From assembly GCA_963691875.1 (NCBI GenBank), contig OY829846.1, positions 800,001 through 864,000 of the forward strand: 64,000 bases of DNA. Direction: 5' to 3'. A program made the position numbers and the translations under genes. Shown here piece by piece: positions 10,357 through 20,581 of the stretch (position 1 is its first letter; every line of letters begins with the position of its first letter). Under the pieces are notes generated by a model, which made no database searches, was not told the origin of the DNA, and saw only the letters and a list, made by a program, of their open reading frames with translations. This DNA comes from Aureliella sp. GTDB lineage: Bacteria > Planctomycetota > Planctomycetia > Pirellulales > Pirellulaceae.

Positions 10357-10620
10357 GCAAGCGACCAGGAGTCAATCTCCGAACCATGCTAAAGGGCAGG
10401 GGGGTCGCTCTGACGGTTCCGATGATGGACTCCAATGCAATGGGAGCCGGGAGCAAGCCAGACAAGCTTCCATGCCGCCTCGGATTCATATACCTGCCTC
10501 GTGGCGTGATCATGGACCAGTTTTGGCCCGAGAGTTCCGCAACTCTCCTGTAGAAAGTATCTCCGGCGATTGAGTCGCTGCGATCGATTCTGGATCAGTT
10601 TTTTGATGACACATGGTGTT
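10353..10620 (+). pseudogene. 5' remnant of a DUF1552 protein
   Basis: [18 protein letters not shown]...[18 protein letters not shown], then TAG at 10551-10553 and SPAIESLRSIL. Similarity is lost by about 10620. Confidence 0.7.
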
Positions 10621-10757
10621 TTCCGGCGATGGTTGGCAAGCCTCAAATACAAATTAGGCCAGCAGCCTAGTCTTTCTTGCTCTGCTTAGCTGCGACTAGA
10701 TCCATTAGATGCATCTGCTATTTAATCGGGCCCCCGACCTCAGGCGGATGGTGTGAT

Positions 10758-12161
10758 CTATTCACCACCTCCTGGTTGAAGCCGCAAGACTCGCGTCGTG
10801 AATGGTTCAAACAAAACCTCAAAACTCGAACCGACTTCCTCACGTTCCAATACGGTTGAGCCTTCAAACATCCACTCGGCCGATTCGATGATGCGATCAA
10901 ACTTGAGAGTCGCGTTGAGCACCGCATCATCCATGTTGACCATCAAGAGGACCCATTCATCTTTCGAAAGCGGTTTAAGCAGCGTGCGAATGGGTGTTTC
11001 GGTAATCGATTCTCCTTCAAACCTCACCGAGTATTCAACATCCACTATCGTTGGTGAAAGTAGGGCTGGGGCCAGTTGTCGAAGTTCACGGTTCACTTGA
11101 GCTACCGTTTTCCATAGAACCTCGGCCTGCAACGCTTGGATCGGCGTTGCAGTAGGGCGACCTGGAATTTCAGTTTGCTGTTTTGGTGCAATACCAAAGC
11201 GAGTGACATTGCTGTCCCAGGCGTAGTAGACCACTCCAGTAGCTCCATGGATCAGGCCCGTGTAAACCATGCTGCGAAGTTGATCGGGCGTGGGATATCG
11301 AAATGGGAACTTTACCGAGGCAGGATGTTCCGTTTCGAACGCACCCACTACGAGCCAAACTGGCTTACGTCCCTCGCTCAGCTGCGCAGCAAGAGAAACA
11401 CTGTCCGCGATTCCGTTTTTCTCAGTGCCATAGGAACCCAGGTTAAGTGATCGAGTCTTGGGCCAAATGACGTAGTTATCATGACAACTCACGTCGCTTT
11501 CTTTGTGCCAACGAATCCAGTGCTCGCGGCCATTGCCAATCATCCAAGAGGCGGTGTTGACGAAGACGGGGAGGTCAGGCGCGATGGATTTTACTTCCGA
11601 CTTGAAGGCTTTGAATTGTTCGACTTGTTGGCCTTGTTGCGCAAGCGGGAAGTTGATCAAGGGTTCATCCTGCCAAACGATACCCATCAAATTCGGGTGG
11701 TCCGCAATGGCCTTCAAAGCCTCACCGCCGGATCTTCTCATGAGGACCACCTGAAGCCCATGTTGTTTGGCTTGGGAGAGTTGTCGATCATTCGTGTACC
11801 CGCCCATCGGCCAGGGCCAGACGCAGTTGTAACCGGCGTCCACGAGGTGATGCCATCGGTAGTCAATGCCTTTGTAAACTCGAGATTCCGGTACGCCCCA
11901 GCTGGCCAGCATAAAGAACGATTTTTCGGGGTCGTAGCGTTGAAGGATGCGGCCTTGCCGATCAATGTGTGGGACATTTTCCTGATGGGGTGTCTGAACC
12001 GCGGATTCTTGTCCATAAGCCAACGAAGTCAGGAAGAGCGCGAGGTGGCTGAGGGCGACGGCCACGCTCCGGTTCAAACTCAAATCGTTGGGGCATTTGC
12101 GATGAAGTGTTGGCATTTTCCAATCCCAAAACAGGGGGAGTGCGTTTGCGTTCCGTTTCAT
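10758..12161 (-). CDS. Secreted hypothetical protein, possible TIM-barrel glycoside hydrolase-like
   Basis: 467 aa with a signal-like hydrophobic stretch, GIVWQDEP, VSCHDNY, PVWLVVGAF and GLIHGATGVVYYAW. Start uncertain. Confidence 0.6.
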   Translation of the reverse strand: MKRNANALPLFWDWKMPTLHRKCPNDLSLNRSVAVALSHLALFLTSLAYGQESAVQTPHQENVPHIDRQGRILQRYDPEKSFFMLASWGVPESRVYKGIDYRWHHLVDAGYNCVWPWPMGGYTNDRQLSQAKQHGLQVVLMRRSGGEALKAIADHPNLMGIVWQDEPLINFPLAQQGQQVEQFKAFKSEVKSIAPDLPVFVNTASWMIGNGREHWIRWHKESDVSCHDNYVIWPKTRSLNLGSYGTEKNGIADSVSLAAQLSEGRKPVWLVVGAFETEHPASVKFPFRYPTPDQLRSMVYTGLIHGATGVVYYAWDSNVTRFGIAPKQQTEIPGRPTATPIQALQAEVLWKTVAQVNRELRQLAPALLSPTIVDVEYSVRFEGESITETPIRTLLKPLSKDEWVLLMVNMDDAVLNATLKFDRIIESAEWMFEGSTVLEREEVGSSFEVLFEPFTTRVLRLQPGGGE

Positions 12162-13104
12162 TCACTCGACTTGCATGACGGAAGTTGTGATCGGTCTCGG
12201 TATGGACCATTCGAATTGAATCTTCCGTAAATCCAAAGTGCGATCCTCAACAAGCGATCTTTATTGTGCAAGCCTTGCGGCAACTTGCAATGTTTTGAAA
12301 AGAAACGGGGCCAAAGTTATGAAAGCAGTTGGGGAAGATCATCAACGCAAGCGGGAATCTCCGGAGCGAGGGCGGCGCAGCCCCGTTTTCGGTATGTTGT
12401 CCCAGTCGGATCTGTTAAACTGAACGAGGAGCCACCCACGTTCAATTCGAGTTCGTGCCCCATTGAGTTGGTCCCCTCCCTTCGATCCTGCTGGGCCGAA
12501 CAGTGAACTGATGGATATCCTATCCCCAGCGAACTCGCAGCCGCGAAACTCATATCTGCAGCCCTGTTACAGTCTTATTGTCACGTTTATCGCTGCTGGA
12601 AACCTACAGTCGAAGATGCCGATTTGAGCGACTGGCGACTGCTCAACTTCACGCTGGATTGTCTTCAACTGTAGAGGCGCCATTAGTCAGCAACAAACGC
12701 ACATCACACACACCGCATGTTGATCTTCATCTGATCAAACCTTGCACGCAGATTCAGATTGCCTTGGACCCTGCAATTCTCCAGCACTGGGTCGATGCGG
12801 TTTGTAGATATCACAGTTGGATCTGTTGAGAAATCGGCAATGATTGAATCCCACACATGAGCGAGGAATGGAGAGACGCCGGCTAAACCCTTGATGCGAA
12901 AACGTCAGCCCGCTTGGTACTGCCTCACGGCGTTCAGCACTATTCTCGTCAATGTGTTGGCTCGGACACTGCAACTCCCGATAACTTGCGGACTGAATAG
13001 ACCGGTGCTTGAAATAGGACAATCAGATACTCTAGAATGCATCAGCAATCAAAGGACTGCAATCGCGTAGCGAAACTCTCATCTAAGAAGCGGCCGGAGA
13101 AAGC

Positions 13105-13650
13105 ATGGAAACGAACCCTTATGCCCCAAGTTTTGCCGATGAGTCGATGCAAGAGAACCCGGAGCTACAACCGGATGAACTTGCAGGTCGATTTACTCGA
13201 CTTGCTTCTGCGTTCATCGACGGTCTCACCATGTTGGTTTTTATCATTCCAGCGATGTTCTTGACCGGTTATGCACAACGTGTTGCTGCGGGGCAAGCTA
13301 CTGTTCTCGAGCAAGTTGGATTTAGCTTCTTTTCCGGAATCGTCTTCTTATTGGTGCATGGCTATTTCCTAACAACACGCGGGCAAACTCTTGGAAAAAT
13401 GGCGACGGGAATTCAAGTTGTCGACCACGAAACCGGCAAGCGGCTATCGTTCCTGCGTGTCTACGTGTACCGCAATCTCTGGGGTTTACCGATCCTCGCG
13501 TTAACCATCGTAATCCCAGGGCAGATCGACGACAACTTGTCGAACCTTGTTTACCTGGTAGACACCCTGATGATTTTTGCTGTTAGTCGCAGATGCCTGC
13601 ACGACTATATCGCTGGATCAAAGGTCGTGTTGTACCAGAATCGCGACTAG
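13105..13650 (+). CDS. RDD family membrane protein
   Basis: NPYAP leader, RLASAFID, GQTLGKMATGIQVV, RRCLHDYIAGSKVV. Confidence 0.9.
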   Translation: METNPYAPSFADESMQENPELQPDELAGRFTRLASAFIDGLTMLVFIIPAMFLTGYAQRVAAGQATVLEQVGFSFFSGIVFLLVHGYFLTTRGQTLGKMATGIQVVDHETGKRLSFLRVYVYRNLWGLPILALTIVIPGQIDDNLSNLVYLVDTLMIFAVSRRCLHDYIAGSKVVLYQNRD

Positions 13651-13834
13651 GCAGCTGGTAAGGTTTAGGAAACGTTGACAACCACTGGCTGGAGGTTAAC
13701 GCATGGTCGCGGTGCGTGAAATTTTTGTCTGACAGGAAGTCACACCCAATCAGACAGGCCAAAGGGGCATCACCGAGGACGCGTTAGGTTGAGGTGATCG
13801 CTCGTGAAGATTGTGGTAGAGGCCGGGATTACAG

Positions 13835-16561
13835 CTAGGGAGCATTCGCAACTGACGAGGCGGTGTTGGGAAAGGCGGCTCGTACTTCGGCTTCCGGCTT
13901 TCCGATTCCGGCGAGGCGGAATGCCTCATGAGCGGCGTCGAGGCGTTGTAGACTTGCATTCAGAGCTGGCGTCAATAGTTGCTCACGCTTTATTCGATTC
14001 ACCAAAGCGTTACGAGCCATTTTCGCGGCGAACAAAAATTCTTTATAGGACCGCGGCACCTCGGAACTGCTATTCTTTGCTTCGGTTCGCTTGATTGCGT
14101 TGGCAAAGAGAGCATCCGCTTCTTTAAATACGCGTGTGCCAGCGAGATTCGCGGCCTTTGTGCTGTCAACGTCAACGAGACTCTTGAGACAGTTCCGTAC
14201 GACTTGAGTTTCTTCTAGACTCAGCCATACTGCTTCTTCATCTGGCGCGGGGACCGGAAGACTGAACAAACCATCGCTGCGGTAACTCTTGAAGCACAGT
14301 TGCAACTCCGTCACAAGCTCCTTCCGCTCTGTAGACTCGGTCCGAAGCCATTTATCCCATTTCCTTCGCTCTGCCTTGCTCATTTTCTTTAACAAGTCGG
14401 CCTCTAGATTCTCCTGTTCGTTTTCGAGCTTGGAGAGATCAGCCAGGATGGGCTTACGAGCCTCCCTAGGAGCCGGCTCTTCTGCCACGGCCTTTTCAAG
14501 AAGATACTCAAGGTCACCAGCCACGGGATTCTTTTGCCTATAAGATATCATTGCCTCGGCAGTCGGAGAAAGTTGCTCAAGCGATTCAATCCTGGCCTGG
14601 AGTATCTTAATGTAAAGATTCAAGAAGGGATGTGAACTATCAACAGGTGTCTCAACCGCTAACTCATTTCCCGAATCGGAACTATCCGGACGGGAGAATT
14701 CCTTGAACAAGTCGGCTTTGATGACAGCCCAAATCGCAAAGCACAGCGCGAGGAAGCTAACCGCCCCAGCCACGATTGCTTTCCGTTTCTTGCGGCTTGT
14801 ATTGCTGCGATTCGCAAGATAGTGATAGGAGGTCCAATCCTGTTCGGAGCTCTGTTCAGGCTCGCGACGAACGCCCTGCTCCTTGCTCTTTGCCTTGGCA
14901 GGCGTGGCTACGAGTTTTTCCTTCTTCGCCGAGCCAACTCTCCTCTTCGCAGCAACACCGCCCCTCTTGGCTGACTTCTTCTTAAGTCGCTTACTGGATT
15001 TGTGCTCGGAATAGGTTCCGGACGCCGGCTCTTCTTTCGGGACGACCGGTTTTGCGTTTCGAGCTGATGGCCTTTCCGCCGCAACGATCTGCGGTTGACT
15101 CTGTTTTGCGCCCTCTGTTACCCGAGCTTCAGCTTGTGGCTTAGATGGCGACGTTGACGTGGATTTTGATTTCAGCGTCGCATTTACGTTGGCAATCTCG
15201 CCTGTTTTCTGCAGATCCGTTTGCGGCGAGTGCTTTGAAACCGCTTTGTTTCCGGCCGAGGCTTGACTGCGAACACCGGCATTCGAGGGCTTTGCAACTT
15301 GAGCTGCCTTCTTCTTGTTGCGTCGTCCTCGCTTTCCACGACGTCGCTTGCGGCTATTACCTTCGTCTTTGCCGACGAACGCCGCTATCTTAGCTAGCTT
15401 ATCTTTCTCGAGTTTTGCTGCGGAGGGTTGCGTCTCTTTGGCTGGCTGAGCGGCCGTAGCGTGGTCTGTTTGCAGAGGCGAACCTTCCGCTCGAGCCCTG
15501 GATGCTTCTTCCTCCGGCTTAGTCACGGGCTCCAGTCGCTCAACCTTTGCATTGGAGCGGTGAGCAACTTCCGGTTGTGCGTCGGAATGGGCAGGAGCAC
15601 TCCCTGCCCCCTTAGTCACCTCGAGCTCGAGGCTCTTCGCCCGTGCGACCGACGAATTGTCCGCCGCCGTAGCTTCTGGCATTGGAGCGGGCGAAAACTT
15701 TTTCTTATCCTTCGCCGGCAGGGATGCAGTTGGTGCGCGCTTCAGTGGCGAGGGCTCGCCCTTTGCGGGAGACGCACCTCTAGAATCCGCTGATGCGGCG
15801 GAAGGGAGCTCAAGATCGTTAGATTCTTGCTTGGTGCCCGAACTGACGAACTCAGTGTGTTGCTTCTCTTCCTTGACAAATTGATGAGCTGGGTCGCTCT
15901 CGGGCTGAGCGGACTCAACGGTAGGCTCAGTTACAGGTTTAGTGTCAGCTTCGGCTACGGACTCCGCCGGTTGTTTAATCTGTGGGGTAGGATTGGTGGT
16001 AGCTTCGGCTTTTTCCTCGGATGCATCCACGAAGTTTAACTTGTTTCCAGGCGCATTGGCGTGGAGCTCAAACTTCGCATTCGTCGCTTCAAAATCGAAG
16101 TTAGGCAGATCTCGTTTCGTGACGGAGCCTTTGAAATTGCCTTTCGAGTCGATGGGCAATTGAGTCGCACCGACATGGGGCTGTTGATAAGAGTTTGGAG
16201 GCGAAGGGCTCGGAGATGGATTCTGGCCACCTCCATCATCAACCGGCACGGCCCGAACGAGCCGAGCCGGTTTAGCTGTTTCGGCTTGGACTACTGGAGT
16301 TGGGGACTGACGCACTGGCCTGTTGCCCGAGGCTAGTGGTGGATGTTCCAACGTCGAAGGTGTCTCCTCGACCGGCTCCAATCGACCGAGATTCTCAGCC
16401 GCTGGGTTTATCGGCTGGCTCGCAGGCAAGGGCTCCGGATTCTGCACGCGGAACTGGAGCTGGCACTTGGGACAGCCAACCGTAAACTCACTTTGGCTCG
16501 AATTGGGCAACGCGAGGCGTGCATTGCAATTCGGACATTGAATGAGCAGTTTCTGAGACAT
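13835..16561 (-). CDS. Hypothetical membrane-anchored protein with N-terminal zinc ribbon and long disordered region
   Basis: IQCPNCNARL...GCPKCQLQF; about 550 aa low-complexity Pro/Ala/Ser/Lys region; single TM; helical C-terminal domain. Confidence 0.75.
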   Translation of the reverse strand: MSQKLLIQCPNCNARLALPNSSQSEFTVGCPKCQLQFRVQNPEPLPASQPINPAAENLGRLEPVEETPSTLEHPPLASGNRPVRQSPTPVVQAETAKPARLVRAVPVDDGGGQNPSPSPSPPNSYQQPHVGATQLPIDSKGNFKGSVTKRDLPNFDFEATNAKFELHANAPGNKLNFVDASEEKAEATTNPTPQIKQPAESVAEADTKPVTEPTVESAQPESDPAHQFVKEEKQHTEFVSSGTKQESNDLELPSAASADSRGASPAKGEPSPLKRAPTASLPAKDKKKFSPAPMPEATAADNSSVARAKSLELEVTKGAGSAPAHSDAQPEVAHRSNAKVERLEPVTKPEEEASRARAEGSPLQTDHATAAQPAKETQPSAAKLEKDKLAKIAAFVGKDEGNSRKRRRGKRGRRNKKKAAQVAKPSNAGVRSQASAGNKAVSKHSPQTDLQKTGEIANVNATLKSKSTSTSPSKPQAEARVTEGAKQSQPQIVAAERPSARNAKPVVPKEEPASGTYSEHKSSKRLKKKSAKRGGVAAKRRVGSAKKEKLVATPAKAKSKEQGVRREPEQSSEQDWTSYHYLANRSNTSRKKRKAIVAGAVSFLALCFAIWAVIKADLFKEFSRPDSSDSGNELAVETPVDSSHPFLNLYIKILQARIESLEQLSPTAEAMISYRQKNPVAGDLEYLLEKAVAEEPAPREARKPILADLSKLENEQENLEADLLKKMSKAERRKWDKWLRTESTERKELVTELQLCFKSYRSDGLFSLPVPAPDEEAVWLSLEETQVVRNCLKSLVDVDSTKAANLAGTRVFKEADALFANAIKRTEAKNSSSEVPRSYKEFLFAAKMARNALVNRIKREQLLTPALNASLQRLDAAHEAFRLAGIGKPEAEVRAAFPNTASSVANAP

Positions 16562-16796
16562 CGGATCGCGAGTTTGGCTTTACGAGCGGAAATAGGTCTA
16601 CGGACAATACTGGCTAACGCGGTGGTACCGGTAGTGCAGATGACGCACCCTAGGTATTCCTCGCATCTGGAAATGCACGTGTTATTGTAGATCGACCAGA
16701 CATAACTGTCAGTCAAAGCGCTAAACGGCTAGTCGAATGCCGAGAAAATTGGAACGTTTGTAGCAGTTGCCGGTTCGAACTGCCCCAGGGGGGAGC

Positions 16797-18083
16797 CTAC
16801 GCCTTGAATTCGCCAACAGCGAGAGTCACGTTCTGGCCGCCAAATCCGAAGGAATTGTTCAGTGCAACCTTCAGATCGGCGTCCCGTGCCTCGTTGGCTA
16901 CGTAGTCCAGATCACAGAGAGGATCTGCGTTTTCAAGATTGATCGTCGGTGGCAAGCAGTTATCACGAATCGCGAGCAGGCAAGCGATCATCTCGGAGAC
17001 TCCCGCAGCTGCGATCAAATGCCCCATCATGCTCTTCGTGCTCGATACAGGAACCTTCTGAGCACGATCACCAAAGACCGATTTACAAGCAACTGTCTCG
17101 ACCTTGTCGTTGACAGTGGTACTGGTACCGTGAGCGTTAACGTAGTCTACATCATCGGCATTTAATCCGGCATCGCGAATCGCTGCAGACATGCATCCGA
17201 TAGCACCGCGCCCTTCCGGATGAATATCGGTAATCCGGTAAGCGTCCGCAGTGCACCCGTAGCCCAAAACTTCACCGAAAATCTGTGCGCCACGACCGCG
17301 AGCATGTTCCAGCTCCTCGAGAATGACAACTGAGGATCCTTCGCCGAGCACGAACCCGTCGCGGAGGCGGTCGAACGGCCGAGACGCGCCGGTCGGATTG
17401 TCGTTATTTGTCGAAAGTGCCGTAAGCAGACTGAAGCCGGTCAAGCCGAATGGATGGATCATGCTGTGAGCTCCACCCGCCATCATGGCATCTACGTCAC
17501 CGCGACGAATTAACTCAGTCGCTTCGCCCACAGCTTGACTGCTGGCTGCGCAGGCCGTCAGACAATTAAGATTGGGACCTTGAATGTTGAACATGTTTGC
17601 AACATGCGCCGACGGCATACTCGGTTCTTGCTCAACCTCAACTTCGCAATCAAGAATCTCAAGTCCGCGCCGAATGAACTCGTTCGAGTTAAATTCCTCA
17701 CCTTCCTTGGTCGCTGCATCCAGCATAGAAGTGAAGTTATGAAAGTCCTGATTTCCTTCTCCCGCGCCAAAGTAGACGCCGATGCGAGAACGGTCAGTGA
17801 TGCTGTCCAGAATGCCAGACGACTCAACCGCCTGCTTGGCAGCTCCGGCCGCAAAGCGGGCATGGCGACCGCGTTTGGCCCATAATTCAGGATCTTCGCC
17901 ACATTGCGAGACATCCCAATCCTTCACCTCCGCAGCGATCTTAGTCGGATAATTCTTCGCATCGAAGATCGAAATGTTGCCGACGCCACTCTTGCCTTCC
18001 CGAAGCGCCGCCCAGACTGTCTCCACGTCCTTTCCAAGTGGATTGATCATTCCCAATCCAGTTACAACTACTCTCCGTCGCAT
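16797..18083 (-). CDS. fabF: Beta-ketoacyl-ACP synthase II
   Basis: RRVVVTGLG, TACAASSQA (catalytic Cys), NAHGTST, KSMMGHL, NSFGFGGQN. Confidence 0.93.
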   Translation of the reverse strand: MRRRVVVTGLGMINPLGKDVETVWAALREGKSGVGNISIFDAKNYPTKIAAEVKDWDVSQCGEDPELWAKRGRHARFAAGAAKQAVESSGILDSITDRSRIGVYFGAGEGNQDFHNFTSMLDAATKEGEEFNSNEFIRRGLEILDCEVEVEQEPSMPSAHVANMFNIQGPNLNCLTACAASSQAVGEATELIRRGDVDAMMAGGAHSMIHPFGLTGFSLLTALSTNNDNPTGASRPFDRLRDGFVLGEGSSVVILEELEHARGRGAQIFGEVLGYGCTADAYRITDIHPEGRGAIGCMSAAIRDAGLNADDVDYVNAHGTSTTVNDKVETVACKSVFGDRAQKVPVSSTKSMMGHLIAAAGVSEMIACLLAIRDNCLPPTINLENADPLCDLDYVANEARDADLKVALNNSFGFGGQNVTLAVGEFKA

Positions 18084-18283
18084 TCGCGCTCTGCCCTGTC
18101 TCTTGGTTTGTTAAAGTCTTGGTGGCGTCTCCGCACAGCAGCCGAAGGTGGATGCGGGACGCGACTTTATTTATATCCGAAAAGAGCCATCCGCCCAGTC
18201 ATCTCAGGGGAATCGGTGTTTCAGGTTCGAGCCGCTATCAAGCATGCAAGCCCGCGGAACGCGAGAAAAAATCCCAATTCTGC

Positions 18284-20215
18284 CTAGCGAATAAGCCCCA
18301 TCCGTTGGAAATTCGGCAGCCATGGAACGGGACGATTCCAGGTGTGAGGCCAGAACACCAGCAGGGCTTTGCCGAGAAGAAACTTTTCTTCCACGTACTT
18401 CGGAACGCCCCAAAATCGAGCGTCAAGACTGGCCGCGCTGTTATCGCCGAGTGGGAAGTACTGATCGTCCTCGAGACGAAAAACATCTTGATCGCGATAA
18501 GCAAAGATTCCTATCTGACCCCACCATTCCGGATGTGAATAAACTCCGCTAAGCAAAGAGTCTTCGTCGTAGACGCTACTGGCGAACTCCTGATCTGGAA
18601 TCGCCTCCCTCAATTCGGACCTGGTAAGTCTTATGTCCGAGAACGCGCCGCTTCTTTGCGTGTAGTAGATATCTCGATGCACGCTTGCTCGCTTGACCGT
18701 CATCTCGACCTCCCGGCCACCGATTCCCGCTGGTGCTGCGTCTTTCGGATCTGTAAGAGACCAATACGGCCGGCGTTGCTCTAATGAACGAACTCCTTCC
18801 AAAGAAAAATCCGTGTTCCCGAAGTCAACGACCGACCCATTGACCCACAAGACAATTCGATCATCGAAGTTTGCAAGCTCAAGCGAGTAGCTGCCAGCGC
18901 CCTGTACCGACGTTGAGGCTCTAAGCTGATCGCCTCCATCGAAAATCGCGAGTGGCTCTGTTCCGTCCAGTGCCTGTAAGGTTGCCTGGCCCGTGCTCAC
19001 GTCGATCGCGCACCGGAAATGAATTCCAAACTCGACGAGATCAAGCAATAGAACCCCACCCTCCGATTTCAGCTCCACTTCAAATCGGCAGCTCAAGTCA
19101 CCGACCCAGTTCGAACCATAGTTACTGGTGACCATAAGACTAGGAGCAGCGTGTTCGTAAAGTTCCTTCGCACTGCCAAACTCCCTCTTCCGAACAAGGC
19201 TCGGATTGGGCACGAACATTTGAAGAATCTTCGGTGCGTTTTTTTTCAAAAAACCTTCCTCAAGGTCAAAGTAACTTCCCGCGTTCCGGGTGAGCGCTTC
19301 GGAGTTGTAAGCCAAAAAATCAGTTATCAAGCGAGTCTGGTAAGGATCCACAGCCCCAATCGACTCACCGGCTTCCAACTTCGCCCACTGCTCATCGGAT
19401 GCAAATTTATGATAGTAGCGAATCCAATTGTCTTTCGCGGTGGAGGCCAGCGATGCCTGCCAGTCGCGCTCGCTTAGCTCAACATTCCATCCGTCGCCTG
19501 CTCCGGGTAATGGTTGCCAAGAACTAGGCCATCCCGCCTTGACCAACTCGGCAGGAATGTGCTGCGTGTCGTGCACCAGCTGCTTCATTGCCTGAATCTT
19601 ATGTGGCGGCTTACGAGCTATCGTTTCATTGCCGGACTCAATCAAATAGACGTCGCCATGTATCAGCCGCAACGTCTCTCCCGGCAATCCAACAAGACGC
19701 TTGATATAGTTGACACTCGCCTTCTGCGGTTGCTTGAAAACAAAAACATCCCAGCGTTTGGGATGCGACAATACATAGTCAAATTTACTGACGAGAATCC
19801 GATCTCCTGGAAAGGTGAGGTGATTCTTATTGTTCTCAAAGTCATAGATATTTCGGCCTCGACAGTTCGAACAATAACTCGCCAAGGTCTTGATGCTTGG
19901 TTTCAGCCTGCCCGTATTGGAGTCGTACTCAGCGCTCGCATTCGCCTGGTACTGCTGCCCACAGTGCTCACAAACAAGATCTTTGTGTGCTCCCATCAGG
20001 GTCGGAGCCATCGAGCCGGTCGGAATGACAAAGGCCTCGGCCACGAATGCCCGAAAGAGAAAGGCGAGAATGAAAGCTACGACAACTGATTCGACGGTTT
20101 CACGCGTACTCTGAAAGTCGTCGACAGTCTCATCTTGCTTTGCCTTCTCGTCCTTGGCTCTGGCATTCTTGCTCGCCACCGTAGAAGCCTTCTTATCACT
20201 GGTTTTTTGAACCAT
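18284..20215 (-). CDS. lepB: Signal peptidase I, enlarged planctomycete form
   Basis: EAFVIPTGSMAPTL (Ser), GDRILVSK, NYIKRLVGLPGE (Lys), GDNSAASLDARFWG; CxxC...CxxC insertion. Start set at MVQKT. Confidence 0.9.
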   Translation of the reverse strand: MVQKTSDKKASTVASKNARAKDEKAKQDETVDDFQSTRETVESVVVAFILAFLFRAFVAEAFVIPTGSMAPTLMGAHKDLVCEHCGQQYQANASAEYDSNTGRLKPSIKTLASYCSNCRGRNIYDFENNKNHLTFPGDRILVSKFDYVLSHPKRWDVFVFKQPQKASVNYIKRLVGLPGETLRLIHGDVYLIESGNETIARKPPHKIQAMKQLVHDTQHIPAELVKAGWPSSWQPLPGAGDGWNVELSERDWQASLASTAKDNWIRYYHKFASDEQWAKLEAGESIGAVDPYQTRLITDFLAYNSEALTRNAGSYFDLEEGFLKKNAPKILQMFVPNPSLVRKREFGSAKELYEHAAPSLMVTSNYGSNWVGDLSCRFEVELKSEGGVLLLDLVEFGIHFRCAIDVSTGQATLQALDGTEPLAIFDGGDQLRASTSVQGAGSYSLELANFDDRIVLWVNGSVVDFGNTDFSLEGVRSLEQRRPYWSLTDPKDAAPAGIGGREVEMTVKRASVHRDIYYTQRSGAFSDIRLTRSELREAIPDQEFASSVYDEDSLLSGVYSHPEWWGQIGIFAYRDQDVFRLEDDQYFPLGDNSAASLDARFWGVPKYVEEKFLLGKALLVFWPHTWNRPVPWLPNFQRMGLIR

Positions 20216-20581
20216 GAACTTTAACCGTTTTCCGTTGTTCGCTGCCGGTCCTGCAGGCCGGCGCAATAATTTCTGTTTGTCTCACCAGATCTCCCGACGC
20301 GGCACAACCAATCGAATCGTCGCGGATCTCCCAGGCGACCGGGATGAAAAGGAGAAGGCCTATAATCGAATAGAAGGGGCACGCCGGTTGCGGATTATAG
20401 CAGGCAGATATATTTCCCAACTAGCCGAACCAGGGGCCACATTCTATTGGAGTCCCAAAAAAGACTCCCTATGTGATTCACATAGCCTAAAGAATACCGC
20501 TAGTGACGTGATTCGTCGCCAGCGGCCAAAGCTTGCTACGGTCCAGAGAAAACAAAGAGATCTTGCATTCTTGAATGCTTG

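Noticed and set aside
12162..13104. About 0.9 kb gap with several 60-95 aa ORFs
   Set aside because: None is convincingly protein-like and I found no repeat or RNA structure. It may be decayed sequence, but I cannot support a call.
16767..18240. GGTTCGA T-loop-like words near 16772 and 18224 as possible tRNAs
   Set aside because: No T-stem pairing or cloverleaf around either word.
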